DNA of 64,000 bases from Hyphomicrobiaceae bacterium (GCA_033765285.1 JANRIE010000059.1:79692-143691), one strand, 5' to 3'. Positions 8,390 to 18,179 are shown, numbered from the stretch's first letter. The notes: generated by a model from the letters alone, not told the origin. Made by a program: numbers and translations.

Positions 8390-9661
8390 GTGGCGAGCGA
8401 GAATGGACGTGGCGATGGCCGGCCGGGCGGGCAGAGCGTGACGCTCGCCGATGTCTATGAGGCGGCACGGACGATCGGTGGGCAGGTCATTGATACCGAC
8501 TTCGACCAGAGCCGGACGCTGTCGCGTCTGACCGGGGCAGATGTCTGGCTGAAGTTCGAGAACCTCCAGTTCACCGGTGCGTTCAAGGAGCGCGGCGCGC
8601 TGAACAAGCTCGCGGGCCTTTCGGCGGTAGAGCGGTCGCGCGGTGTGATTGCGATGTCGGCGGGAAATCACGCGCAGGGGGTCGCCTATCACGCCCATCG
8701 GCTCGGTATCCCCGCCGTGATCGTCATGCCCAAGGCCACGCCAACCGTCAAAGTGGAAAACACGCGCGCACACGGGGCGGACGTCATTCTTGAAGGCACT
8801 ACGCTGGAAGAGGCAGCGGCTGCGGCACGCGCGCTCGGCGACAGCCGCGGACTGACGTTCGTGCACCCCTACGACGATGCGGCCGTTATCGCGGGGCAGG
8901 GAACGATCGCGCTGGAGATGCTGCGGGACGCCCCCGATCTCGATGTCATCATCGTGCCGATCGGTGGTGGGGGGCTCATCTCAGGCATTGCCGTGGCAGC
9001 CAAGGCGATGAAGCCGGATATCGAGGTCGTCGGTGTGCAGGCGAGGCTCTACCCCTCGATGTTGAACGCGGTGCGGGGACTGAAGCTGCCGATGCGGGGC
9101 GATACGCTCGCCGAGGGCATCGCGGTCAAGGTGCCCGGCCAGTTGACCACGGATCTCGTACGGGCGCTCGTCGACGACATCGTCCTTGTGGACGAGCCGG
9201 ACCTGGAGCGTGCCGTCAGTCTGCTGCTGACCATCGAGAAGACGCTGGTGGAGGGCGCGGGGGCAGCGGGCCTGGCCGCTCTCCTCGCGCAGGCCTCGCG
9301 GTTCTCCGGTCGCAAGATCGGAATCGTACTGTGCGGCGGCAACATCGACACGCGTCTGCTGGCCAGCGTTCTGACGCGGGAACTCGCGCGGGAGGGACGA
9401 CTGGCCCAACTCGCCATCGACATCCCCGACAAGCCCGGCCAGTTGGCGCTCGTATCCGCCCTGATCGCCGACGCCGGTGCCAACGTCGTCGAAGTCTATC
9501 ACCAGCGCATCTTCACCGACCTACCGGCCAAGGGCACCGAACTGCACGTCGTCATCGAGACCCGCGACCGGGCGCATCTGGGCAAAGTGGTCGCTGACCT
9601 GATCGCGAAGGGCCTCAGCGTCGAGGTCAAGGGCGGTTTGGACGGGCGGGCTGACCGTTAG
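8390..9661 (+). CDS. ilvA: threonine ammonia-lyase (threonine dehydratase) with C-terminal ACT-like domain
   Basis: The PLP lysine region FENLQFTGAFKERGA, SAGNHAQGVAYHA and the glycine loop GGGGLISG are followed by an ACT-like tail. 423 aa. Confidence 0.85.
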   Translation: MASENGRGDGRPGGQSVTLADVYEAARTIGGQVIDTDFDQSRTLSRLTGADVWLKFENLQFTGAFKERGALNKLAGLSAVERSRGVIAMSAGNHAQGVAYHAHRLGIPAVIVMPKATPTVKVENTRAHGADVILEGTTLEEAAAAARALGDSRGLTFVHPYDDAAVIAGQGTIALEMLRDAPDLDVIIVPIGGGGLISGIAVAAKAMKPDIEVVGVQARLYPSMLNAVRGLKLPMRGDTLAEGIAVKVPGQLTTDLVRALVDDIVLVDEPDLERAVSLLLTIEKTLVEGAGAAGLAALLAQASRFSGRKIGIVLCGGNIDTRLLASVLTRELAREGRLAQLAIDIPDKPGQLALVSALIADAGANVVEVYHQRIFTDLPAKGTELHVVIETRDRAHLGKVVADLIAKGLSVEVKGGLDGRADR

Positions 9662-9775
9662 CGATCGTCGGGGCCCGTTGGTCCGTGTCGTGACCATGCA
9701 GGACTGCGCACCGCCTGTTCCGCTCCGCCAGGTATCGCACCCGGTCGCGAACCAGTTCGGTGTCAGCCGCGGGCG

Positions 9776-10438
9776 TCACTGACCAATCGGGCTCTGCGGA
9801 AAGGCCAACTGCTCGCGGGCCCGCCACTCATTGGTTACGTAGTTGATGATGATAGATTTTCTGATGCCGTCGATCTGCCGCGGCTCGAAGCCGTGGTAGG
9901 TATTGTTCGACGGCACGAAGACGAGCGCGGCATTGGAGGCGAACGGGGACCTCCCGACATGCGCCTTGTCGTTGTCGTAGATATCGGTGCCCAGGTCGTG
10001 GTGGCTCGGGTCGGTGGACACGTAGAGCAGCATCGTGAACACCTTGACCCCCAGGTCGGTGTGCGGCTCCAGCCAGAAGCCATTGGTGTCCTGGGCATAC
10101 TCGACCCGCAGATACGTGCCGTCGAGGCTGGTGCCGAAGAACGAGGCGATGTCGCGGGTCAGCGCCGCGGACTGGAAAGCTTCGTTGAATGCGCGGCACA
10201 CCGGAAAGCGATCCATGTTGCCCGCGTCGAAGTACGTGCGCGTCGCGTTGTGCAGTTCACGCTTTCCCGACACGCCGCCGAGCGCCGGGGCCGGGAACGG
10301 CAGGTCGGTGACTTCAGCGATGGCGTCGTCGGGCAGACACCCGGTCAGAAGCCAATGCCTGTAGGGCGCTTCGCGACGCGTCGAAGCCGCCATGCTCGTG
10401 CGCATGTTGTCGATGAACGCCTGCGAGGTGAATGCCAT
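9776..10438 (-). CDS. 2OG-Fe(II) oxygenase-superfamily protein
   Basis: 220-aa ORF with WLEPHTDLG...(H-x-D) and a later TYHGFEP histidine, consistent with a 2-oxoglutarate/Fe(II) facial triad. Confidence 0.6.
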   Translation of the reverse strand: MAFTSQAFIDNMRTSMAASTRREAPYRHWLLTGCLPDDAIAEVTDLPFPAPALGGVSGKRELHNATRTYFDAGNMDRFPVCRAFNEAFQSAALTRDIASFFGTSLDGTYLRVEYAQDTNGFWLEPHTDLGVKVFTMLLYVSTDPSHHDLGTDIYDNDKAHVGRSPFASNAALVFVPSNNTYHGFEPRQIDGIRKSIIINYVTNEWRAREQLAFPQSPIGQ

Positions 10439-10847
10439 ATCGACGTCCCCGTCCCTTCAGAAGTTGGTGTTCGACGAACTCTGCACGCTGGCTGTCGCAC
10501 GCGATGCCGAATGGTCGGTGCGTGCGTCCACGGCCGCTGACAGGCTCCGTTGGACCGCATGCAGGTCGTCAACTTTAGGCACTTGGTGGCGTTGGCCTGT
10601 CAAGTGCCGCGGCGTCACCGCGCCCCGTCCGGCGCGGCAGTGGCCGCTGAAACCAGGGTGGAAATGCCGATGGCGCGCGGGTGCGCCCGTGTGCGCGGAT
10701 GAGGCAGCAGAGGCACACGCGGGCGGCTCGATGTGGCCGATCGGCTGGAATCGTCTCGCAACTGTCATGCATGCTGCCTAGCCTGACTGCATGAGTATAG
10801 CGAGTCGCACGGCGTCCCAGTTCGACCATCCTCATGGGGAGACGCGC

Positions 10848-11633
10848 ATGGGCAAGCTGATCGACCGTTCGCAGACGGCTTCCGGCTCTGGCGAACCGCG
10901 ACCTGGGCCACAGCCGGTGGACGGCATGGGGACTGGTGGGGCGCACCCTGCTGCCGGGGCCCGCGGCCCGCGCCGACCAGGCCGGATCATCATCGTCGCC
11001 GGTGAGGATCACCGGCTCAATGATCTCGTCGTGGCGGCGGCCAAGCGCCGGTACGCGCTGGGCCAGGGACTGGTGTTTCCCATCAAAGTCGCTACCCGAC
11101 AGGTGCACGCAGATACGGACGTGCTTCCCGTGAGCCGCCAGACGTTCGCCAGTCTCGCGGCCGAAGGGTGTTTTTTGGCGAACTGGTCGTCGGACGGTCG
11201 GGCGTTCGGGCTGCCGGCAGCATGCAAGGATGCGCTGGAAAGTGGTCGGGACATCATCGCTGCGGTGCCACGCCACGTGGCGGACGAACTCACCGCTCGA
11301 GGTTTTCCCGTACTGATCGTGGAGATTGCGGGCGTGGCAGCTCGCCGGCATCGGCGGGCGGCAGCACCTGCAGGAGCGGTCACAGGGTCGTCGGCGGGTC
11401 TGCAGCGACGGGTCGTTCACGATGGCAGTCTGGCCACGGCGGTGAGGGGCCTTATTGCCGCCCTCGACGCCTTGAGTTCGGAGGGCCGGCCGGCCGTGGC
11501 CGATACAACGGGCGTGGTGGCCGGAGCGCCGCCGGACGCAAGCCTGCGGACGCCCAAGGCACCGCCGCGCACCGGCCGTGGCACACGACGGCGCAACATT
11601 CAATCTCGCGCCGCAGTCACCTCCGTCGTGTGA
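10848..11633 (+). CDS. PhnN-like (ribose-1,5-bisphosphokinase / guanylate-kinase fold) protein with a degenerate P-loop; possible pseudoenzyme or decaying gene
   Basis: SD GGGGAG lies 8 nt before ATG 10848. The core VLPVSRQTFASLAAEGCFLANWSSDGRAFGLP...ESGRDIIAAVPRH...VHDGSLATAVRGLIAAL parallels E. coli PhnN (HIALSEQEFF..LALSWHANGLYYGV..NNDGSLRQSV). The Walker A position reads VAGEDHRLN instead of GPSGSGK. Confidence 0.55.
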   Translation: MGKLIDRSQTASGSGEPRPGPQPVDGMGTGGAHPAAGARGPRRPGRIIIVAGEDHRLNDLVVAAAKRRYALGQGLVFPIKVATRQVHADTDVLPVSRQTFASLAAEGCFLANWSSDGRAFGLPAACKDALESGRDIIAAVPRHVADELTARGFPVLIVEIAGVAARRHRRAAAPAGAVTGSSAGLQRRVVHDGSLATAVRGLIAALDALSSEGRPAVADTTGVVAGAPPDASLRTPKAPPRTGRGTRRRNIQSRAAVTSVV

Positions 11634-11751
11634 GCTGTTGTTGTCGCAACGCGGAACCGGTCTGCATGGCGCGTGGTTGCGCTCAGAGCCAGTGTGCGCA
11701 TAGTGGCGACGCCCGCCCAACGCCGGCGGCGGAGGTTGTGCGCGGGCTTCA

Positions 11752-12675
11752 ATGGATCTGTTCCTCGACATCGCGATGAAGGTGACGCTGCCGATCGTCG
11801 CCATTTCTGCGCTGGGCTACATCATGCAGGCGCGCATCAATCTCGATGTGGCGAGCATCAACAGGCTGTTGATGAATGTCGTGATGCCCTGCTTCCTCGT
11901 ACATTTCCTGTCGACGGCGAAACAGCCGATCGGCGAAATCTGGCCTACGGTCTATTTCACGCTGGCCCAGTTCATGGTGCTGATTCCTCTCGGCTGGCTG
12001 GCGGCCGTGATCTTTCGGCTGCCGGCCCACTTCGCGCCGCTCATCGCCATGGCGACCGTCTACGCCAACGTCGGCAACTACGGCATCCCGCTCGTCCAGC
12101 TTGCATTCCCGCCCGAGTTCATTCTGCACCAGTCGGTCATCACCAGCCTGATGACCATGCTGATGGTGACGGTCGGCGCGTGGCTGCTCGCCCCCGACAC
12201 CGGCAAAGGCTCGATACTGGGCCGCGTCGGCATGGCTTTCGAGACGCCGACGATCCCGGCGGTGATGGTCGGGCTTACGCTGCGGGCCTTCGATACCCCG
12301 CTGCCGGCCGTCATTGCGACGCCTGTCGCGTTTCTCGGCGCGACATTTCCACCGCTCGCGCTGTATGCGCTGGGCGCGCAACTCGCGACGCGCACTGCTG
12401 GAGAGTTGAGCTATGGCCGGCTGACGCTCGTCGTCGTGCTGAAGCTGCTGGTGGCTCCTGCGGTGACCTGGGCACTGGCCATCGCCATGGGGCTGCCGGA
12501 CGATCTGGCTGATCTGATGGTCGTGGCGGCGGCAACGCCAATCGGCGTCTTGCTCGCCTTGTTCTGCGCCGAGTACAACCGTGACTCGAAGTTCATGAAC
12601 AGCGCGATCCTGGTGTCGACCGCCCTTTCGCCGTTCACCGTGACGGCCTGGGTTCTCGTGACACGGCTATACTGA
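11752..12675 (+). CDS. AEC-family (auxin efflux carrier-like) transporter
   Basis: 307-aa polytopic membrane protein. MDLFLDIAMKVTLPIVAISALGYIM... is a typical AEC/MDR permease start. Confidence 0.75.
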   Translation: MDLFLDIAMKVTLPIVAISALGYIMQARINLDVASINRLLMNVVMPCFLVHFLSTAKQPIGEIWPTVYFTLAQFMVLIPLGWLAAVIFRLPAHFAPLIAMATVYANVGNYGIPLVQLAFPPEFILHQSVITSLMTMLMVTVGAWLLAPDTGKGSILGRVGMAFETPTIPAVMVGLTLRAFDTPLPAVIATPVAFLGATFPPLALYALGAQLATRTAGELSYGRLTLVVVLKLLVAPAVTWALAIAMGLPDDLADLMVVAAATPIGVLLALFCAEYNRDSKFMNSAILVSTALSPFTVTAWVLVTRLY

Positions 12676-12708
12676 AATTCGAGAGCAGGTGCTCGAAAGG
12701 AGACCTCG

Positions 12709-13335
12709 ATGATCGAACTTTATACCTGGGGCACACCCAACGGCCGCAAGGCTTCGATCATGCTGGAGGAGACGGGCCTTGCCTATCAGGTGTTTCCCAT
12801 CGACATCGGCAAGGGAGAGCAGTTTGCGCCTGATTTTCTCGCCATCAGTCCCAACAACCGCATCCCTGCCATCCGCGATACCGACACCGGTCAGACCATT
12901 TTCGAGTCCGGCGCGATCCTGATGTATCTGGCGCGCAAGACGGATCAGTTCTGGGACACGGACGGCGCGGCGCACTGGCAAACTATCGAGTGGCTGATGT
13001 GGCAGATGGGCGGCTTTGGGCCGATGCTCGGCCAGGCGCATCACTTTCTGAAGTACAATCGCGGCAAAGCCCCCTTCGCCGAAGAGCGCTATCGCACCGA
13101 GGCCAAGCGTCTCTACGGCGTTCTTGACCGGCGGCTGTCGGCGATGGACTACGTGGCCGGAAGGTATTCGATCGCTGATATCGCCATTTGGCCCTGGGCG
13201 AGCCGGTTCGCCTGGCAGGAGATCGACTTGGCCGATTATCCCCACGTGAAGCGCTGGTATCTCGCCATTGCCGCGCGTCCCGCCGTGCAGCGCGGCTACA
13301 GCGTTCCCGAAGTCAGCGCCATCCCTATGCCGTGA
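12709..13335 (+). CDS. Nu-class glutathione S-transferase (YfcG/YghU-like)
   Basis: MIELYTWGTPNGRKASIMLEETGLAYQVFPIDIGKGEQFAPDFLAISPNNRIPAI closely resembles the YfcG-type N-terminus. Confidence 0.85.
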   Translation: MIELYTWGTPNGRKASIMLEETGLAYQVFPIDIGKGEQFAPDFLAISPNNRIPAIRDTDTGQTIFESGAILMYLARKTDQFWDTDGAAHWQTIEWLMWQMGGFGPMLGQAHHFLKYNRGKAPFAEERYRTEAKRLYGVLDRRLSAMDYVAGRYSIADIAIWPWASRFAWQEIDLADYPHVKRWYLAIAARPAVQRGYSVPEVSAIPMP

Positions 13336-13394
13336 GCCTTGCGCCATGCGGCCGGCGCTCCGGCGGGGACTAGCGAACTTTCCCGAAAGAGAGT

Positions 13395-13422
13395 GGCCCC
13401 CTTCCGTTTCCAGAAGGGGGCC
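13395..13422 (-). terminator. GC-rich hairpin (10-bp stem), likely terminator of the small minus-strand gene
   Basis: GGCCCCCTTC-N8-GAAGGGGGCC. On the minus strand it is followed by a CTCTCTTTC pyrimidine/T-rich run. Confidence 0.4.
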
Positions 13423-13463
13423 GAGCAGTGTCAGCACACAGAGAGCGAGAGCGTCAGGCGCGG

Positions 13464-13634
13464 TCAGTGGGGACCCGTGGCGTTGGGAGATGCCGCCGGC
13501 AAGGTCGCCGTAACCGTAGATGCCCCCGATGCCCGACCCGAGAGAGGGTCAGGCGCATGGGCAAGCGAAACCAACAGCAGGGCCGCGGCTAGTGCAAAGC
13601 AGATCAATGCAGCGACACGGGTCGTAACTGACAT
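13464..13634 (-). CDS. small secreted hypothetical protein (signal peptide)
   Basis: MSVTTRVAALICFALAAALLLVSLAHA|PDPLSG... with a hairpin just downstream. Weak SD, so tentative. Confidence 0.3.
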   Translation of the reverse strand: MSVTTRVAALICFALAAALLLVSLAHAPDPLSGRASGASTVTATLPAASPNATGPH

Positions 13635-13948
13635 GTGCCGGCTCGTCTGCTTCGCCGTCTGGAGATCCATGACTGCCAACCGAACCATTACGTGTTTGAT
13701 TTACCCGGAACATAACGGATAACGACTCGTTAGTCGAACGCTCGGCTCGAAGATGGAAAACGGGTGTGGCGTCAATTTAACGTTCCATTAACGGTCCCTT
13801 GTCGCTGCACGAACCGGGGACTCGGGCCCCGGCGGGGGCGACATGCTCTTCACGGTGCCGCGCGAAATTCGCTTGTTGTGGCCCGCACAGCCTACGTCGT
13901 GACCCGGCCGGGCGCTAAGATGAACGCGATGTGCCGACGGGGAACAGG

Positions 13949-14986
13949 ATGCGCATACCAACTGACGTCACCGGGATCGTTGCTGCACGTCTGGCGCTGC
14001 TGGCCTTGGGCTTGGCCGGGATGAGCGGTGTCGCTTGGGCGGAAATCGCCCCGCCATTGCCCGAAAGGGCTAACGCACTCCTCGCGCCCGAAGCGCAGCC
14101 GGATGGCAAGAACGGGGCGGGTGACCGGCCACTGGCCGACCGTGTGGCCACGATACTTGCAACGCACTGCGGCCGCTGCCATCAGACCGGTCCGGCGGAA
14201 ATCGTCGGCGTGCCGCCAGGTCCCGACCTGCGGCACCTTGTTGGGAACCCCGCATTGGTCGTCGCCGGCAATGCGGATGCGTCGCGGCTGGCGACCGTTC
14301 TCGATTATCCCATCGCGGCCCATATCGAAGCGCGGGAGAACGGCCCTGCGCGGTGGGTTTTTGCCCCGTCTGCGTCCGAGATCGCCGATCTGCGGGCCTG
14401 GATCGAAAGTCTCGAGGTCCAAGGCAACGCCTCGGATCGAGAGGTCGACGGCAGCCAGGGGCCCGTCGGCGGCCGATCAACAAATGGCATCGTTTCGCTG
14501 TGGTCCGACCGAACGACGTATACCGTGGGCTCGGAAGTCCGCATCCACGTGTCGGTGACGGAACCCTGCCACCTCACGGTGATCGCCGTCGACTGGCGCG
14601 GTCAGGCCGTCGTCGTATTTCCCAACGATGTGCGGCCGGATAATCGCCTGGAGCCGGGCGTGGTCCTCACCGTACCGGGGCCGGATGATCCATTCCTGCT
14701 GCGCTTCGACAGCGCCGGGCGTGAGAGGTTCGTGGCCATTTGCATCCCCGGAGACCGGAGGGATCCTCGGGGCGTTCGCCACGACTATGTCGAGCAGCGC
14801 TTCACCATTCTGGGGCCGTGGGAGCGGTTCCTCGAAACGGCGCGGCAGCCTGGCCTGATGCCGAAGCGCCGCCGGGGAAGCGTCAGCGCGGCGGCGCGAC
14901 GCCAGAGAGGCAAGCGCGAGGTGCCCGACCTGTTCGCGCCGCTGGGCGAAGCGCGGGCCGCGATCAATGTCACTGTCCGTCCATAG
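13949..14986 (+). CDS. secreted protein with an N-terminal CxxCH (heme-c-like, planctomycete-cytochrome-type) motif and a C-terminal DUF4384-like domain
   Basis: Signal peptide MRIPTDVTGIVAARLALLALGLAGMSGVAWA. VATILATHCGRCHQTG supplies the CxxCH motif. The C-terminal WSDRTTYTVGSEVRIHVSVTEPCHLTVIAVDWRGQAVVVFPN pattern is what I associate with DUF4384. Confidence 0.6.
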   Translation: MRIPTDVTGIVAARLALLALGLAGMSGVAWAEIAPPLPERANALLAPEAQPDGKNGAGDRPLADRVATILATHCGRCHQTGPAEIVGVPPGPDLRHLVGNPALVVAGNADASRLATVLDYPIAAHIEARENGPARWVFAPSASEIADLRAWIESLEVQGNASDREVDGSQGPVGGRSTNGIVSLWSDRTTYTVGSEVRIHVSVTEPCHLTVIAVDWRGQAVVVFPNDVRPDNRLEPGVVLTVPGPDDPFLLRFDSAGRERFVAICIPGDRRDPRGVRHDYVEQRFTILGPWERFLETARQPGLMPKRRRGSVSAAARRQRGKREVPDLFAPLGEARAAINVTVRP

Positions 14987-15062
14987 ACGGACGCCAGAGC
15001 GTGGCGTCAGTTGTCCAGCGGGGTCAGACGGGTCGTGGCCTCAACGGAATAGGAGAAAGACT

Positions 15063-15629
15063 TTGAGGCAAGCTGCGCCAGCCCGGCGTTGTGGGATGCT
15101 CGCAGGTGTCGCAGCCATCGTGCTGGCCGCCTGGCCGGGGGCGGCGATGACGCAGACGGTTGCGGAACCGGCGGAGTATCGTACTGAAAACTATCGCGCG
15201 CCGGTTCCCGCCACGCTTCGGGGGGCGCATGTCGTTACGGCGGCAGACGCTGAGGCTGCCGCCCAGGCCGGGGCCATTTTCATCGACGTCTATCCGCAGG
15301 CTCCCAAACCTGCGGGGCTCCCCAAATCGACGGTCTGGCGCACGCCCACGCACGAGACGATCAAGGGTGCCGTGTGGCTGGCGAACGTCGGGCACGGCAG
15401 GCTCAACCCCGACCATGAAGCGTATTTTCGCAGGCACCTGGCGCGCTTGACGGGGGGAGATCCAGCGCGTCCGCTGGTCTTTTTCTGCCTCAGGGACTGC
15501 TGGATGAGTTGGAACGCCGCCAAGCGGGCCATCGAATGGGGCCATCGCCAGGTCACCTGGTTTCCAGATGGTACCGATGGGTGGAAGGAACTGGGGCTGC
15601 CGACAGAAGCGGCCGTGCCCGCGGACTGA
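15063..15629 (+). CDS. rhodanese-like periplasmic protein of the 'PQQ-dependent catabolism-associated CXXCW motif' type
   Basis: SD AGGAGA lies 8 nt before TTG 15063 (alternative ATG 15096). It has a signal peptide and the pattern YRAPVPATLRGA..., VFFCLRDCWMSWNAAKRA (Cys pair plus Trp; here C-x3-C-W). Confidence 0.65.
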   Translation: MRQAAPARRCGMLAGVAAIVLAAWPGAAMTQTVAEPAEYRTENYRAPVPATLRGAHVVTAADAEAAAQAGAIFIDVYPQAPKPAGLPKSTVWRTPTHETIKGAVWLANVGHGRLNPDHEAYFRRHLARLTGGDPARPLVFFCLRDCWMSWNAAKRAIEWGHRQVTWFPDGTDGWKELGLPTEAAVPAD

Positions 15630-15648
15630 GGCTCACTCCCAAAGCTGG

Positions 15649-16281
15649 TCAACTCATGCGGGCGCGGATGGCCTGGGCAACGGCGAAGATGCGGCTCTCG
15701 ATCAACTGCGGGATCTCGCAGGCGAGCGGCAGGCTTTCCTGTCGTTCATTGAAGACGCGCGCGTTCCAGTCGTAGGCCTCCTGTGCCTGATCGACGGCGG
15801 TCGCTGCGGCTCTATCCTTCTCGGCGCGCTTGTGCAACTCGGCCAGTTCTATGCCCTGTTCCTCGAGCCGCCGCGCGCGGGCCTGCTGCCGATCCTGGAA
15901 ACGCTCGATCCCGGCGATGATTTGCTTGCGGACCTTGTTGGTTTCCTCGAGCGCGCCGGCGAACAGAAGCGTCAGCCGCCTGTCGCGCTCGCTGCCTTCA
16001 GGGATCGCCTTGGCGAAGGCGTCGATGGCTTCCTCGACCTTGTCCATTTCGACGCGGCGGCTGACCAGAACGGGGACCAGCTTGCGGACCTCTTCGTCCT
16101 TCCACCAGTCGTTGATCGTGTCGACCGCCGGCCCATCCCACATTTGCGCCGAAGTCAGCGAGACGACTTTGTGCTGCACGCAGGGCCAGTTGGCGTTGGG
16201 GTCGGTGTCGCCGGCAGCGGCGACCGCCGCAGGGACCGCCGTGAGCAATACGGCAGCGATCGTGATGACGGTGCGCAGCAT
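15649..16281 (-). CDS. periplasmic hypothetical protein with a predicted coiled-coil; last gene of the Ped-like ABC operon
   Basis: MLRTVITIAAVLLTAVPAAVAAAG signal peptide and a charged helical middle (RFQDRQQARARRLEEQGIELAELHKRAEKDRAAA). The start lies 4 nt after the permease stop. Confidence 0.6.
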   Translation of the reverse strand: MLRTVITIAAVLLTAVPAAVAAAGDTDPNANWPCVQHKVVSLTSAQMWDGPAVDTINDWWKDEEVRKLVPVLVSRRVEMDKVEEAIDAFAKAIPEGSERDRRLTLLFAGALEETNKVRKQIIAGIERFQDRQQARARRLEEQGIELAELHKRAEKDRAAATAVDQAQEAYDWNARVFNERQESLPLACEIPQLIESRIFAVAQAIRARMS

Positions 16282-16285
16282 GGCG

Positions 16286-17200
16286 TTAGCCTCCTCCGGG
16301 GCCACCGCGCCGTGCGATCAGGCCCTTCGATGGGTTATAGGCGAAAATCGCAGCGCCCAGAAACAGGACCGTGCAGCCGGTCACTACGGCAAGCGAGGTC
16401 AAGTCGAGCTGGCCATAGAACGCGAAGCGGATCAGTTCGACGGCGTGCGTGAAGGGGTTGAGTTTGCAAATCTCGTACAGAAGGGGGCTGCTCTCGCGGA
16501 TACGCCAGAGCGGATAGAGCGCAGACGACGCGAAGAACATCGGAAAAATCACGAAATTCATCACGCCCGCGAAGTTCTCGAGTTGGCGGATCACCGACGA
16601 CATGAACAGCGCCAGTGCGCCCAGCATGAGACCGGACAGCACGATGGCCGGCAGAATGGTGAGATATCCGGCGAATTGGGCGGGGACAACGCCGAAGAGC
16701 GCGTCGCCCTCGGGCTGGATCTCCCAGAAATAGGCGATCAGCAGGAAGGTGTAGACCTGAAGCAGGGCCACCGAAACGCCGCCCAGCAACTTGGAGACGA
16801 GCAGGAACCAGCGCGGAAACGGACTGACGAGCAACGTGCGCATGGCGCCCGTCTCGCGATCGTAGACCATCGACAGCGAGGACTGCATGGCGTTGAACAG
16901 CAGGACCATGCCGAGCAGGCCAGGCGTGACGTAGGTCTCGTAGAGGACATAGGTCTGGTAGGGCGGAATGATCGACACGCCGAGCACCTGGCGGAAGCCG
17001 GCGGCGAAAATAAACAGCCAGACGAGCGGGCGGACGAGAGCGGAAAAGAAGCGCTCGCGCTGGTGGAGAAAGCGCAGAACCTCGCGCCAGACGATACCGG
17101 AAAAACAGGCCCAGTATCCCCACAGGCCAATGCGGCGTTCGGAGCGCGCGGAGTTCGACAGTGTTTCACTCATTTCGCCGGGGAGGCTCTGGACGCTCAT
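16286..17200 (-). CDS. ABC-2-type transporter permease (PedA2-like)
   Basis: 304-aa six-TM protein with an ABC-2 pattern. It overlaps the upstream ATPase stop by 4 nt. Confidence 0.8.
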   Translation of the reverse strand: MSVQSLPGEMSETLSNSARSERRIGLWGYWACFSGIVWREVLRFLHQRERFFSALVRPLVWLFIFAAGFRQVLGVSIIPPYQTYVLYETYVTPGLLGMVLLFNAMQSSLSMVYDRETGAMRTLLVSPFPRWFLLVSKLLGGVSVALLQVYTFLLIAYFWEIQPEGDALFGVVPAQFAGYLTILPAIVLSGLMLGALALFMSSVIRQLENFAGVMNFVIFPMFFASSALYPLWRIRESSPLLYEICKLNPFTHAVELIRFAFYGQLDLTSLAVVTGCTVLFLGAAIFAYNPSKGLIARRGGPGGG

Positions 17201-17973
17201 GCGGCCTCCCGTTGGCTGGCACCGGTCAAGGCATTGAACGCATCGCGAAGGGTCGGCTGGCCTGCTGCTTGCCTCAGTCCGGGGACGGAACCCTGGTACA
17301 TGACCCGGCCCTTGTGCAGGACGACGACCTTGTCGGTTTCGGCGATCTCGTCAATGAGATGGGTCGCCCACAAGACGCCAAGCTGGCGGGTCGCGACGAG
17401 GGTCCGGACGATCTCGATGACGCTTTCGCGCGCGCCGATGTCGAGACCGACGGTGGGCTCGTCGAGCAGCAGAAGGCCGGGCTCGTGCAGCATCGAGCGG
17501 GCGATCTCGACGCGGCGGGCCTGGCCGCCCGACAGCGTACGGACCTTGAGGTCACCTTTTTCGGCCAGCCCAACGAGGTCGAGTGCGGCGGCGGCCCGGC
17601 GTTTGCCTTCGCTGCTGGCAAAGCCGTGCAGGGCGGCGTGGTAGGTGAGATTCTGGCGGAGCGACAGGTCCTGGTCGAGCGTGCGCGACTGGAACACGAC
17701 ACCCAGCCGCTGCAAGGCCGCGGTCGGCCGGCGGCGGACGTCGTTGCCCAGGATGCGAATCTCGCCGGACGTGTTGTCGTAGAGACGGGTGATGAGCGCA
17801 AACAAGGTGGACTTGCCCGCGCCGTTCAGACCCAGCAGAACCGTGAATGTCCCCTGAGGCACGCTCAACGACACATCGTCGAGGGCTTTGATCCCGCCAA
17901 AGTTGTGAGAAACGCCACGGACGACGAGCGAGTCGTCGCTACCGGTTGGGTGTCGTGTCAGCACCTTGTGCAT
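17197..17973 (-). CDS. ABC transporter ATP-binding protein (PedC-like)
   Basis: Walker A GLNGAGKST, signature LSGGQARRVEIA and Walker B LLLLDEPT. ATG 17973 lies inside ORF 17197..18093. Confidence 0.85.
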   Translation of the reverse strand: MHKVLTRHPTGSDDSLVVRGVSHNFGGIKALDDVSLSVPQGTFTVLLGLNGAGKSTLFALITRLYDNTSGEIRILGNDVRRRPTAALQRLGVVFQSRTLDQDLSLRQNLTYHAALHGFASSEGKRRAAAALDLVGLAEKGDLKVRTLSGGQARRVEIARSMLHEPGLLLLDEPTVGLDIGARESVIEIVRTLVATRQLGVLWATHLIDEIAETDKVVVLHKGRVMYQGSVPGLRQAAGQPTLRDAFNALTGASQREAA

Positions 17974-18179
17974 CCCTCGCCTCGACCTTGCCTGGCCATG
18001 CCCTGCCGGTTGCTCGAGAAGCTGGCGGGCTGGCAGTTCATTATTTCTTGAACCAACCGCTGCGATTGGTCGATCAGTCGTCGGGCCTGTCATGGTCCTG
18101 GGTCAAGCAGGAAAAGTTCCCGAGTTCGCTTGCGGGACCACCGCTCCTGGTGCGCTTGCGAGGTCTGTTTGCGTCTGCC

